Part shown: positions 19,906 to 31,500 of the stretch, piece by piece
How positions within the stretch are numbered: the stretch's first letter is position 1
Layout of the letters: each line of letters begins with the position of its first letter
Assembly (NCBI GenBank): GCA_030706285.1
Contig: JAUZOU010000003.1
Span: 1 to 35,367 of the forward strand
Direction: 5' to 3'
Source of the DNA: Bacteroidota bacterium
Lineage (GTDB): Bacteria > Bacteroidota > Bacteroidia > Bacteroidales > UBA1402
Length of the DNA stretch: 35,367 nucleotides
The notes under the pieces: generated by a model
What the model saw: the letters and a program-made list of their open reading frames with translations, nothing else
Told to the model about the DNA's origin: nothing
The model's database searches: none
Position numbers and translations under genes: made by a program

Positions 19906-19980
19906 TTAAAGCCATATGTAACACCGCATGCCCAGATTAGCACTTACTTGGACGCTTTATACAAGCATGCTCGTTTCATA
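19906..19980 (-). repeat. Structured intergenic repeat, copy A (homologous to 35002-35074)
   Basis: Hand alignment to copy B gives 23/27 and 26/34 identity in two ungapped blocks. It contains inverted GCATGC-based arms. Confidence 0.8.
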
Positions 19981-19992
19981 GTGTTACTCGTT

Positions 19993-21699
19993 TTAATATC
20001 CAATGGAACTAAAGTCAAATGCAACAGGGGCTTCGCTCAAATGCGGATTCATAGCCAAGTCTGTGTCCGGGAACGGTATGGTGAATTCAATGTCGCTGGC
20101 ATTGACCTTCCAGGATCCGATGGTCACGGTGGACTTGTCGGCCAGCTGGCCTTTATACCAAGCTTCCAGATTGTTCCAATAGCCACGTTCCTGTGCGGCC
20201 AGGCGTGCTCTTGCATCGTCCGGTTTGTAATAACTCAAACGGACAAAATCGTACCAGTTGTCCCCTTCTCCGGCCAATTCGAGTCGACGTTCTTTGAAGA
20301 TATCGTCAAACGTGATGGATGTCTTGTCAACATAGTTTTTTACACTTCTGCCACGAACGGCATTAAATGCAGCTAAGGCCTTGGCATCTGAGGTGGAGGC
20401 GTTGTTGCCCAACACCGCTTCTGCGTAGATCAGGTAAACGTCAGCCAGACGAAGGATATGAGTACTCAACGCCGTGGCCATACGAGCCATGCCCATACCG
20501 GATCCCAGTTCATGATCGTAGTTGTTGCCGACGATATGCTTCACGCAGTTGGAACCGGTACCGCTGCCATATGTGACTCCTTGAGTTGCCGCCTTGGTCC
20601 AGTCGTAGTCAAAACCGCCTTTATCCTGCCAGAAATACTCGTAATGATCACCCTGCATCATCATCGTTGCCTTGCGACGGGCGTCGGTGTTGTTGCGAGT
20701 CAGGCTGGAGGCATCTTCGCCGAAAGCTTGTTCCAAATCGATGGATATTCCAACCCAAGTACCCCAGGTATCAGCAAATTCCGAAAAATTATTCAGAGCA
20801 AGGTCAGACTGAAGGGTATTCTGCGAAGTCCACTGGGCTCCCACCGTCCATCTCCAGGCTATCAGGCTTTCATCGTTGAAGTTGTTAGCCAGGCGAAAAA
20901 TATCCGAATACTTCGGAACCAGCACTCTGCCGCTCTTTTCGATGACATAGCCGGCATATTCAGCCGCTTTTTCCAAATCGTTCTCATCCCGTACACCGGC
21001 GTCGGAATGACCCAATCCGGAACGAGTGAGATAGACCTTGGAAAGCAATCCGTAAGCCCCATATTTATCGATGCGTCCCGGATCATTCTTTTCTGGCAAA
21101 AGTTCGATCGCTTTTTCCAACGTCTTGATGATATAGGTGTAAACGTCTGCTTCAGGGGCCTTGTACACTCCATTATAATTTTTATCAGAAATCATCTTCG
21201 CATTGTCGTGGATAATGGGCACAGCGCCAAAACAACGAACCAGAAAGAAATAAGCCATGGCTTTCCAGGTCATCGCTTCACCCTTTACCGTATTTTTGGC
21301 GTACGTTGTGACATCCGGACCGGCTTTCATGTCAATATTCTGGATGACACTGTTGCAATAAGCATTGACAGACCACAGGGAAGCCGAAGCATTCCGCAAG
21401 GCATCGTCGCTCGATTTCAGTACAAAAGACTGATAGGCATCGTCAGTGCTGTAATACATGTTACCGGCCAAAACATCGCCGATCTTCACAAAGCCACGTT
21501 GAAAGTCGTACCAAGGTGAATTATAGATCGGATTCACAGATTGGAAACACTGTTCATCCGTCTGATAAAAACCATCAATGGAATAACTGTCTTCCGTAGG
21601 GCGGTCCAGAAAATCTTCGCAGGAAGAAAATCCGGCCATCAGGACGGTGGCTATCGCCAAACTCTTTATCGTCAGATTTTTCATATATTTTCCTTTCAT
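19993..21699 (-). CDS. susD: SusD/RagB family lipoprotein
   Basis: Lipobox FSSC-EDFLD, plus GEA...A.AYFFLVR.FGAVP, LRLADVYLIYAEA and ERRLELAGEG..WYD..R. Directly after susC. Confidence 0.96.
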   Translation of the reverse strand: MKGKYMKNLTIKSLAIATVLMAGFSSCEDFLDRPTEDSYSIDGFYQTDEQCFQSVNPIYNSPWYDFQRGFVKIGDVLAGNMYYSTDDAYQSFVLKSSDDALRNASASLWSVNAYCNSVIQNIDMKAGPDVTTYAKNTVKGEAMTWKAMAYFFLVRCFGAVPIIHDNAKMISDKNYNGVYKAPEADVYTYIIKTLEKAIELLPEKNDPGRIDKYGAYGLLSKVYLTRSGLGHSDAGVRDENDLEKAAEYAGYVIEKSGRVLVPKYSDIFRLANNFNDESLIAWRWTVGAQWTSQNTLQSDLALNNFSEFADTWGTWVGISIDLEQAFGEDASSLTRNNTDARRKATMMMQGDHYEYFWQDKGGFDYDWTKAATQGVTYGSGTGSNCVKHIVGNNYDHELGSGMGMARMATALSTHILRLADVYLIYAEAVLGNNASTSDAKALAAFNAVRGRSVKNYVDKTSITFDDIFKERRLELAGEGDNWYDFVRLSYYKPDDARARLAAQERGYWNNLEAWYKGQLADKSTVTIGSWKVNASDIEFTIPFPDTDLAMNPHLSEAPVAFDFSSIGY

Positions 21700-21702
21700 A
21701 GT

Positions 21703-24700
21703 TTAAAACGTGAGATTGAATCCGAAGGAATACACCTGTGGGGAAGGATAACGTCCATTATCCAATCCATAGACATTTGGACTGGCAGGGCTGGCCCCGA
21801 TTTCAGGATCGAATCCGGAGTACTTGGTCCACGTCAGCAGATTTTGGATGTTGGTATATACTCGCAAAGCCTCGATATTGTATTTCCGAAGCATGTTGGC
21901 CGGCACATTGTAACCGAATACGATGTTCTTGATGCGCAGGTAGGAACCGTCTTCAATATAGCGATCGGAAATGCGGTCGTTGTCATTCGGATTTTGCTGA
22001 ATGGCACGAGGCACATTTGTACCGGAATTGGACACCCGGACATTGTCGATATCATCAAACCAATTGTAGATGGTATTGCCTGTCGAATTGACACGCGGAT
22101 AGGTAATGGTCTCATCGATGGCCACCAGTTTGGCACGCCTGTTCACAACAGACAACTGATTGTTCCACAAGGATTCCATATTGGAAAGGTTGCGTGACAT
22201 GTAGTTGAACACCTTGTTTCCATACGACCCGTTCACGAAGACATTCAGATCAAAATTTTTGTACCTGAAGGTATTGTTAAGACCAAATGTAAACTTGGGC
22301 ATCGGAGAACCGATGTTGGTTCGGTCATATTCGCTGATTACTCCATCCGGTTTTCCATCCGGACCACTGATATCCTTGAACTTGATATCGCCGGGATACA
22401 CGGTGCCGGTACGACTGTATTTTCCATCGGCAAGTACTGCCGGGCTGTTTTCGATATCTTCCTTGTCCTGGTAGATACCATCGGTTACATAACCATAAAA
22501 ATTGTACATAGATTCGCCGATTTCCGTTCTGGAAACCACGTCGCTCCATTGGCCGTAGCCTTCGATGGCAGCATTGTCCGTACCGTCCAGGGCTATCAGT
22601 TTGTTTTTGTTGAAAGACAGCTGAGCTTCCGTATCCCAGAGGAAATTGCCCTGGAAGTTGTGCGTATTCAGACTGATTTCAAGACCTCTGTTCTCAATGG
22701 TCCCGTAATTTCCATAAGGTGCCGCCAAGGCGCTGGAGACATTGCCTCGCGTTCCCATGTAGGAAGGAAGCTGGGCCTGCATCAACATGTCTTTAGACAT
22801 CTTCTTATATAAATCCAATGTCAGGTCGATGCGTTTGTTCAGGACAGAAAGATCCAACCCGAGGTTGTATTGTTCCTGGGTTTCCCATTGGATGTACGGA
22901 TTGGCGATTCTGCTCTGTCGATAACCTTCTCCCAATCCTGTATCCATATTGGAAATGGAAGCGCCCCACAAATAGCTGCCGATGCTTTGGTTTCCGGTCT
23001 GTCCCCAACCGAAACGCAATTTGGCGTCATTGATGGTTTCCTTGATACTGCCCCAGAAGTCTTCATTGCTCATTCTCCAGGACACTGCCATGGAATGGAA
23101 CGGAGCCCAGCGGTTCTTTGGACCGAAATTGGAAGATCCGTCCCGGCGGAACGTGTAAGTGGCATAATATTTATCGGCGTAGTTCCAACTGCCACGAGCG
23201 AAAGCTGAAACCATGGCCCAGCTTCCCATACCGGAAGTAATGACCGGATCGGTACCCAATTGAGGGCTGTGGACGGAATTGTCGGGCAGATTCGTCGCCG
23301 TGATGCTCTGATATTCATAGCTGGACTCAGACGTTTCTTGCCCCAACATGAGGGTGGCTTTGTGCAATCCGAATTCCTTATTATACGTCAGGTAATTTTT
23401 TAATTGCCAGTAATTGTCGCTGTTGGTCTGCCAAGCATCGCTATTGATGGTTCGTTTCCACGTGCCGTATGTGGCGGTAGGCCTGAACCGTTCCGCCTTG
23501 GAACCGCCCAAGCTGGTGGCATATTCGGAATGCAACACCAGACCTTGCATCAAGTTGATATCCAAATAAATATTTCCAAGCAAGTTATTACGGTCCAACA
23601 AATTGTCTTCATCCAATGCCTTCGCAATGGGATTGATGCGGGAAGCCACTCCTTCGCGCGACACGCTGGTGTAATGGCCTTCCAGGTCGTAAATAGGCAC
23701 ATCAGGCGTAGAAAGCAATGCCGTATTGATGATGCCTTCGTCACTGTCGGCAAGCCCTAACCGTTCGTGGGTTTTGGAATAACTGAAATTCATACCCAAC
23801 TTGAGCCATTTCTTCATCTGGGCATCCAGATTGGCACGGAAGGAAGACCGGTTGAACGTCGTACCGATAACCGTTCCGTCTTGATCCATATACGAACCGG
23901 CCACGAAATAACGGACGGCTTCGGTACCTCCCGATGCGCTAACAGTATGTGATTGCATCGGAGCAATCTGAAAAACGGCATCCTGCCAATTGGTTCCATG
24001 CCCCAACAAAGAAGGATCGCGGAATTCGTCCCGCATATCCCGGCCGGAAGTTTCAGAGGCAATTTCGTTGCTGTATTCTGCAAATTCTTTCAGGTCCATG
24101 ACTTCCATGCGCTTAGCTTGGCGCTGTACACCGTACAATCCTTCATAAGAAAATTTAGCTTCACCCTTGTTGCCCCGTTTGGTGGTAATGAGAACCACTC
24201 CGTTGGAACCGCGCGAACCATAAATGGCCGTTGCGGAAGCATCCTTAAGAATTTCCATGGAAAGGATGTCAGCCGGGTTGATGGTGGAAAGCGGAGAGAT
24301 AGTGGACGTCGTACCGTTTCCAAGTGCATCTCCCAATCCATATTCGGCACCGCTGTATTCTCTGACATAGACGGGCACTCCGTCAATGACATACAACGGC
24401 TCGGCATTGGAATTGATGGTGTTTTGTCCGCGCACGCGGATGGAAACGGAAGAGCCGGGCTGCCCCGAGGTATAGACCGCCGTCACACCGGCGACACGCC
24501 CTTGCAGCGCCTGGTCCAGGTTGGTGATGACTGACCCCTTCAATTTCTCGACGGTTAGAGAAGTAGAGGCACCTGAGAGATCACTCTTGCGGGCAGTACC
24601 GTAACCAATGGCCACTACTTCCGATAACATCCTGGTGTCTGTCTTCATCTGTACGTTGATCACGTTTTTCTGAACAATGACTTCTTGCTTTTCCATACCG

Positions 24701-24930
24701 ATGTACTTAAACACCAAGGTCTTCCCTTGACTTGTGTTCACCACATACTTACCGTTGGCATCCGTCACTGTTCCTTTGGAAGAGCCTTTGACCATGACAG
24801 ATACACCAGGTATGGGATTGCCATCGCTGACATCTGTCACAACTCCCGAAACAGAAAGACTCTGTGCAGTCACCGTGCATACTCCCATGAGGAGCAGAGC
24901 CGACAATAGAGATAGGATTTTTCTTTTCAT
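21703..24930 (-). CDS. susC: SusC/RagA TonB-dependent transporter
   Basis: Signal peptide, N-terminal carboxypeptidase-regulatory-like domain, plug motif ILKDASATAIYGSRGSNGVVLITTKRG, RDGSSNFG, IEDGSYLRIKN and a C-terminal Phe. Confidence 0.97.
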   Translation of the reverse strand: MKRKILSLLSALLLMGVCTVTAQSLSVSGVVTDVSDGNPIPGVSVMVKGSSKGTVTDANGKYVVNTSQGKTLVFKYIGMEKQEVIVQKNVINVQMKTDTRMLSEVVAIGYGTARKSDLSGASTSLTVEKLKGSVITNLDQALQGRVAGVTAVYTSGQPGSSVSIRVRGQNTINSNAEPLYVIDGVPVYVREYSGAEYGLGDALGNGTTSTISPLSTINPADILSMEILKDASATAIYGSRGSNGVVLITTKRGNKGEAKFSYEGLYGVQRQAKRMEVMDLKEFAEYSNEIASETSGRDMRDEFRDPSLLGHGTNWQDAVFQIAPMQSHTVSASGGTEAVRYFVAGSYMDQDGTVIGTTFNRSSFRANLDAQMKKWLKLGMNFSYSKTHERLGLADSDEGIINTALLSTPDVPIYDLEGHYTSVSREGVASRINPIAKALDEDNLLDRNNLLGNIYLDINLMQGLVLHSEYATSLGGSKAERFRPTATYGTWKRTINSDAWQTNSDNYWQLKNYLTYNKEFGLHKATLMLGQETSESSYEYQSITATNLPDNSVHSPQLGTDPVITSGMGSWAMVSAFARGSWNYADKYYATYTFRRDGSSNFGPKNRWAPFHSMAVSWRMSNEDFWGSIKETINDAKLRFGWGQTGNQSIGSYLWGASISNMDTGLGEGYRQSRIANPYIQWETQEQYNLGLDLSVLNKRIDLTLDLYKKMSKDMLMQAQLPSYMGTRGNVSSALAAPYGNYGTIENRGLEISLNTHNFQGNFLWDTEAQLSFNKNKLIALDGTDNAAIEGYGQWSDVVSRTEIGESMYNFYGYVTDGIYQDKEDIENSPAVLADGKYSRTGTVYPGDIKFKDISGPDGKPDGVISEYDRTNIGSPMPKFTFGLNNTFRYKNFDLNVFVNGSYGNKVFNYMSRNLSNMESLWNNQLSVVNRRAKLVAIDETITYPRVNSTGNTIYNWFDDIDNVRVSNSGTNVPRAIQQNPNDNDRISDRYIEDGSYLRIKNIVFGYNVPANMLRKYNIEALRVYTNIQNLLTWTKYSGFDPEIGASPASPNVYGLDNGRYPSPQVYSFGFNLTF

Positions 24931-25008
24931 GGAATTAATTTTAGTATTAGAAAGGTAACTTAAGGTTTCTCGAACGTGTCATTTTCGAAATTGTGCTTTT
25001 CGACAGAA

Positions 25009-25016
25009 CAAAAATA
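25009..25016 (-). promoter_or_regulatory. Candidate Bacteroidetes primary-sigma -7 element for the PUL
   Basis: Minus-strand TATTTTTG matches TAnnTTTG about 80 nt upstream of the susC ATG. A TTTG also lies at 25031-25034. Confidence 0.55.
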
Positions 25017-25588
25017 AGACATAGATAATGCAAATAAATATATTTTTTTATCTTAAAGTGATACTTTTCCAACACCTATTTCGATGTATTAAGTATTAGA
25101 TCAACCATTTATCTTGTAAAAAAGGTATTGGGACACCTTTCATTCTATACCTTTCGATCTCTTTCAAATCAGTACGCAAAAAGCCTGTTCACCGAGATTT
25201 CAGCTATAGTGTCCGATAACTATTTTTTCATTGTTATCCGACTAAAATTCGAGAACTAGTCATCACGCAAAAGGGAGCCTTCCAAAATGAATTGGAAAAC
25301 TCCCCGATATGGCGAATTTGTTGTACCACCAACATTTAACCATTTGGACAAAAAAAGTGAAACAGCGTTTGCCGGACAGTAGTAATAAAGTATGCCAACC
25401 AGATAATCCTCTCCTTCTTTCTCTTGATAATAGCCATTTTCCGGTTTATAACCATTACCCGCAAACAAAGCCAATCAAAATTTGGATTAAGATATATTAA
25501 TAATTATCTATTATTAAATATACTTATAACTAATTCATGTAGGAAACCAAAGGAAAAAATTGCAGTTAAGGTCAAAGGTTGTCAGGCA

Positions 25589-28500
25589 TCACCTTGTCAG
25601 TGAGAACCTAATACTGACCCCAAAGTCGGAACTTCTCACCGGGTAGGAAGATACCAACGGCACACTCGATTCCAGATCATAAAACAGGACTAAATTCATG
25701 TTCTTGCTCATCGTATAATCGCCGGAAAGCTCGACAACAAATGTCTTATTACCCGAAGATGCCTGCGTATAGTCGCCTTCAATCTTCCTGAGCAACGCAT
25801 GCATATCCTTATATTTCAGATTACCGGTCAGATTCAGGTCATTCTTAACCTTCGAGCCTTTCATAAAACCCCACGGATGGAAATCGCTCAATTTGTAGCC
25901 TGTCCCCGCTCCAATCTGATTCTGATCGGTCTCAATAATCTGTCCGCCACTGATGCTCAGGCTTAGAGCACGTGTCTTTGTTATCTCGGTATTCAATGTC
26001 AAACCGCTATTCAGGGTCCCCTGGATTCGCAGCAACGGATTGAACGATTCAGTCAATGTTACAGCAGAAATGTCATACATCGAAGACGGGACAGCACTAT
26101 TGGTCAAAACGTCACGAACAAAGCCCAATCCATCGCCGGCGTTCTGCCAGGTACTGTACGTTGAGAAGGATGAAACGCCGTATGTGCACGTGTAGTTATG
26201 GTTGAGTGTGACGCTCTTGAAGTATTTCCTGATAAATTCCAGTTTGGATAGACCATCGTACGAAATACTCCAGTTCGGCAGCATGGACAGTAACCCAGGA
26301 AAGAGGTCCAGGCTGGAAGTTCTGGCGTCCTTGCCCGAATAAGCGGCCAAAAATGCAGGGATCAGCACATCGGCCGAATTCAGATCGAAGGCACCATTGG
26401 ATTTATTGTACACACTGCCAGCCAAAGGAGTATCTTTCAGGAAGCCGGTCGAAGGATACAGTTTTCCAGCCATCTTCTCTTCCAGTCTGCTGGCGATCAT
26501 CGACCGGTTTGCCAAAAACGTTTCAAAGGCCTTCGACCGGTATCCGTTTGATGCTTTGGACGATTCAAATGCAGTAGACAGTGCGATGGTGGTCATGGTA
26601 AAATTACCTGTCCTGGTTTCAGGCATGCCATCATACATATACTGAATTTCCGTATTGAAATTCCACGCCCTGGCTCCATTGAATTCAATCTTCAGGCTTG
26701 GTAAAATTTCCAGCGAAGCTTTCACTCGTAAATCGGTATTTTTCGTCATGTACGCCGGCGTCATCACCGTATCCAGCACCAACCAATTCTTGTCCAGCGC
26801 TTTCTGCAGATAATCCGAGCCCTGAAAGCCCAACGCGTAGTCCCAACCTGGAGCCGTTCCATAATCCGTCTGAGAAATCAAGCCTGTTTCAGGTTTAAAA
26901 CCCGGAATGGTCAACCCGTCAGATTGCTTGTATATAACTGAAACATTCCGGACAGACATCAATGTGCGGGCAATAAAGCTGACCGGCTTATACCAGTCTT
27001 CCTCTTCCAACTCCGGCTTTTGCAGGACTGTTATCTTTACGGTGCCATCTTTGGGGCCTTTGACAGCCAGGCTGTTTTCGTCTTTAATGTGATAATCCAA
27101 CTGGACTTTCTTCCCGGCAGAATCGACGGCTACGGCAAACACCCGTTTGTTTTTCAAGCCGTGTTTGATCAGTATGGCAGAATCCGCAAACAGATTCACT
27201 TCCTTTTCAAATTTTCTGGAAGTCTTGACAGGCGTTGCCGGTACGGCTCCGGGTGTTTTCTTGTCCTGTGGTTTGACCGACTTGTCGTCCGGCGCTTTTT
27301 TACCGGCTGTTTGTTTCTCTGTTTTCTTGGTCGTAACAGGCCGTTGTGGGGTGGGTTTGTTTGCCTGGGCGAGTATCTTTTTAAGGAAAGCCGACTTATT
27401 GTACAGGGTCGTCATATTGGCAGAAGCTGTCATACTCATGGTTCGCTGGTTGGATATCTGGTTTCCAAGGTCGTTGTCTGTGCCTGACGTCGTACTGCGT
27501 TCCCAATTATAAACGGCATTATACTGGGAATTCAGCGTCAAGAAATCAAAGGCTGGGAGCCGGTTCAACGGCACTTGCCACGTCAGATTGACGGTCTGGG
27601 AATAATTCAACGGTGTTCCGAAACTTCTCAGGCTCCGGCTCACCGTATCTTTCCAATTTTCATACTCAGTTGCATACAGTGCTTTGTTCACCGGTGCATA
27701 ACGGGTCTCTTCCACTTCTGCCTGATTATTGACAGAGGCGTTGAGTTTCAGATTTTTGGTCAAGTTCCAGTTGACAACCAAATCAGAATTCCATAGGAAA
27801 TTCTTGCTGACAGTCAGAGGCGTTGCCAACTCTTCGGCCGAGGTGGTCGACAGATTTCTGGACTGAAGCTCATAATAATAACGGGTCAACTTCGAACTGG
27901 CCGTCACTGAATTCGGCAGGAAATTCAAATTCAATTCTTTCAGCAGTTTGAGCCAGGATGAAGTCATCTTCTTGTCGTTGGCAAACGGTTGCCAGGGTTT
28001 CAACGGTGAAGCATAATTGTAGTTGACACCACCCTGATAATTCTGGGTAATTTCATATTCGGTTGTCGGATCGTGTTCATCCGACTCCGTGGAATTGTAA
28101 TTGAACGAGAAATTGGCCGGGTCGAACGGCATTGGCGTTTTGCTTTTCAGATTAATCCTGACATTCGAGAAGTTCATACTCTTGTATGTTTTCAGCGTCT
28201 GACTGTAATTCAGGATGGAATCACGAACAGCCTTACTTTTAGTTGACTTCAGTACATCTTTCAAAAGCAGGTCTTCATTGAGCGGATCATATTTCGGAAG
28301 CGTGCGTTCCTTCGAAATGGAATAATAGAACGGGAAGTTCACTTTCGCCTTTTCAGGAAACAAACGCCCAAGATCGGTATTGAAGGAGATATTGTATTGG
28401 CTGTACGTATCCTGCCTGCGCTGTGAAACACTTTCTTCCAGCCCTCCGAAACCGTCGGTGATGTATTTTCCGCTGGCTGTCACCGTCCCCAAATCCGATA

Positions 28501-31500
28501 CATTGAGCACGGCACTTCCCAGTGCAGCCCAGCCCCCGTTGTCCTTAAATCCTGAAAGCCGCAATTCATCAGCCCAGATTTCCAGCGATTTAACCGTACC
28601 GCTTTTGTTCCGGATCCCGATCATGATGGTTTCCACATCTGAGAGCGTCGGATTTCCTTTTATTTTGACCTTGTTTTGTTCATTATCAGGATCATATTCT
28701 GAATATTCGGTTGTGTAGTTTCCTCCTGAGACTGCGTTTCGTTTGGTCTTGAGTTTGGTAAACAAATCAAACGGGATGTCAAGATAATTATTCTCTGGCC
28801 AGATAGAACGTGCCGTGTTTACATAAAAGGGTGAGATTTCCAATGGCACTTCATATTCATAATAGTTGCTCTGGTTGTCGGAACCTAAGCGAATAAACAC
28901 TGTTGTTTCATAATTCTTCGGCGGATTCAGGTCATTCTGAAGCGCCTCGGCATGAACAAACAGTTGAATCCGTTTATATTGTCTAAAATCGTATGACGTG
29001 TTTTTATAAATCGCCCTGGCGTCATTCGGCGACAGATTGTTTACCCGTAGAGCCAGGGATTGTTCATCTTCCAGATAGACACCAGGCTGGCTGGGATCCG
29101 TTTCCTGTTCAACACCAGGTGGCAACTTATAGTTGATGGGGCTTCTTCCGGAATTTTCCTCCAGACTGACGGTCGATACATCCATCGTCGCATCGGAAAT
29201 CGGTACCGATCCGGCTGTATAAAGATCTTTCGTATACGAGCGCCAGTCTCCGCGTACCAATTCCAACGTACCGAACCTCAGAATCACACTGTCCTGAAAA
29301 CCGGTCAGAAACAGGCGCATAAACCGGATGCTGCTGAACCCGTTTATGGTACCTACTTTCTTTTCGTAGTCTGTAATGGGCACTTTAAACTGATACCATT
29401 TCACCTTGGCGGTTTTGCCGTTTTTCAAGGTAACGGTAGCAACTCGCTTATCATTGATAAAATTCTGCCCGACGATGGTATCGGACGGCCTTAATGAAAC
29501 CCGGTATTGATAATACCGTTCCGATTCATTCAGCGTAAAATCGAGGTTGATATCCTCGACATTGGGCAAGGTCGTAGCTGCTGTAGAATAGGTCTCATTG
29601 GTATATTCTGGGGGTAATGAGTTGCCTTCTGTTCCGTTGTAATGTTTGTAACGATCCAGAATGTCCGTTTTTTTACTGTCAAAATCAGAGCCTCTGAAAT
29701 AATGGTAATCATCCCCGGCCGGGTCATTCAACGGAGAGAATTTATCGTCTGTCATTTCTTCCAGCGCTGTCGGGTTTAATTTGGCTTTGACTCCTTTTAC
29801 ATAATCCGAAACGCCAGGCCAGGTTGCTTCTTCTTCGTCCGACAAACCATCCAGACCGACATCCTGTTTAACCCTGACACCTGCGGTATTGTCAAACGAA
29901 TAGGCCGTTGATGATTTGCTGGAAACCTTTCCCCAGGCCGTTTCGCTGACAAGCGATGCATCCGACGCATTCGTCGGCAGTCCATTTTCAAACGAGCGTT
30001 TGCCATCTTTCAGCACATCTTCTGATATCTCGCCCAGGTCAAAGTAGAGATCACCGCCAGTGGCCACATCCGTTGAGTCGTATACAAACGGGTCCATCAG
30101 CCAGAACTCTATGTATTCGACATTATTGGATTCGAAATTCGTATAGCCGGACTCTATCTTGCGCATGATACCGCCCCAGCGTTTTTCAGGATGAGACAAT
30201 GTTCCATCCGCTTGCATGCCATCCACATCATAATTATATGGGCCACGCTGTTTGGGATAAAAAGCAAGGTTCATGACTGGCAAAATGCCAACCTGGTTAA
30301 ACGCAATGTCCCTGTCCGGAAAGATTTCTTTTTCATTGACAACACGGACATAATGGTTGGAGAGTTGGTCGACATCGTTGCGCAGATGACTCGGTGTCTG
30401 TGAACTGTTGTTGTAGTTTAATGTTCCGTCAATGGAATACCAGGCCAGCAGGGCACGGTTGTAGCCATAGGCCAGATCGTTTGATTTGGCGGCCTCCGGG
30501 AACAGCCCCCCGGAAGGATCGTAAGGCGTACTGGCCAAGAACCATTGCGTCATATCCTTCAGGTTATACGTCTTTTTGGCTGATTCAAAATCATCCACGT
30601 AAGAAACATTTTTCAGTTCGCTGGATGTTCCGGCTACCAGTTTGGCATATTCTGCGCTGACAGTCAAACTTGAAGGCTTGGTTGCTTCAATCAGCGGAAG
30701 CTTGTCCACCAGATTGGTCAGCAATTGCGATTCTGTCTTGAAGGATGTGTTCACTCCGAAAATGGTATTCGAAACAGATTCATAACCCATATCGACCTTG
30801 GTGGTTAGCGGTGTTTCAGACAGATGCATCATGGTACCGCCCAAACTGAAATTATCATTGAACTTATAATTCAAGGCGAGCCCGGTCATGGTTTTTCGAA
30901 CCATACTGTAGGTGGACTGATCTTCGCAAGTCGCATTAATCGCTGTTCCGGAGGTAATCAGGTCGGAATTCGTAATGGTCACCGTTCCGGAAATATAATC
31001 CACGGTATAATCGACATTCTCCGTCAACTTCTGACCTCCGGCCGTAACAGTCACAGATCCTTGAGCCACATTGGTCGCACCAAGGGATATGGTGGCGCCC
31101 GAAGAAGCCTTGTATTCACCGGTGATCCGGAACTTATTCTTCTCAGACAATTGCTGAGCCACCGTCAACGTCGAATCATAAAGTTCCTCGAACACATATT
31201 TGTCTGCCAATGCATCATCGCCGATCGCCTGGCGCAAATGGGATCCGAAGGGCTCCAGCACCGGAAATATGATACGGCCATACGTGGACTGAACGGTATA
31301 ACCCTCCACAAAGTCGAACAATCCGTCCGGATAGGCTTGTTGTTTGGAGTTCAGCCTGTCCAGTCCCATCACTTTCAGCAGCAAGGTGTTTTTGATTTTC
31401 CCTTCCGTCAGGTAAGTCATATCTGTCCCTACAGAATCACTCTGATAAACCACATTCAGTTTAAAACCATCCGATTGAAGGTTATAGGCATCGCCAAGGG

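Noticed and set aside
20458-21519. 353-aa plus-strand ORF
   Set aside because: Antisense to susD with no family features. The same applies to the other plus-strand ORFs in the track.
5921-24930. Gln directly after predicted signal peptidase I sites (GH27, fusion, CE7, SusC)
   Set aside because: This is the known Bacteroidetes Q-rule. It supports the start and cleavage calls but is not new.
25256-25500. Two small ORFs (72 aa minus, 63 aa plus) in the sprA-susC spacer
   Set aside because: They overlap each other, have no motifs and could arise by chance. A small gene cannot be excluded without homology or ribosome profiling data.
27220-27370. Lys/Pro/Thr-rich low-complexity stretch in SprA
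   Set aside because: In frame and consistent with a variable loop. No intein or mobile-element hallmarks.
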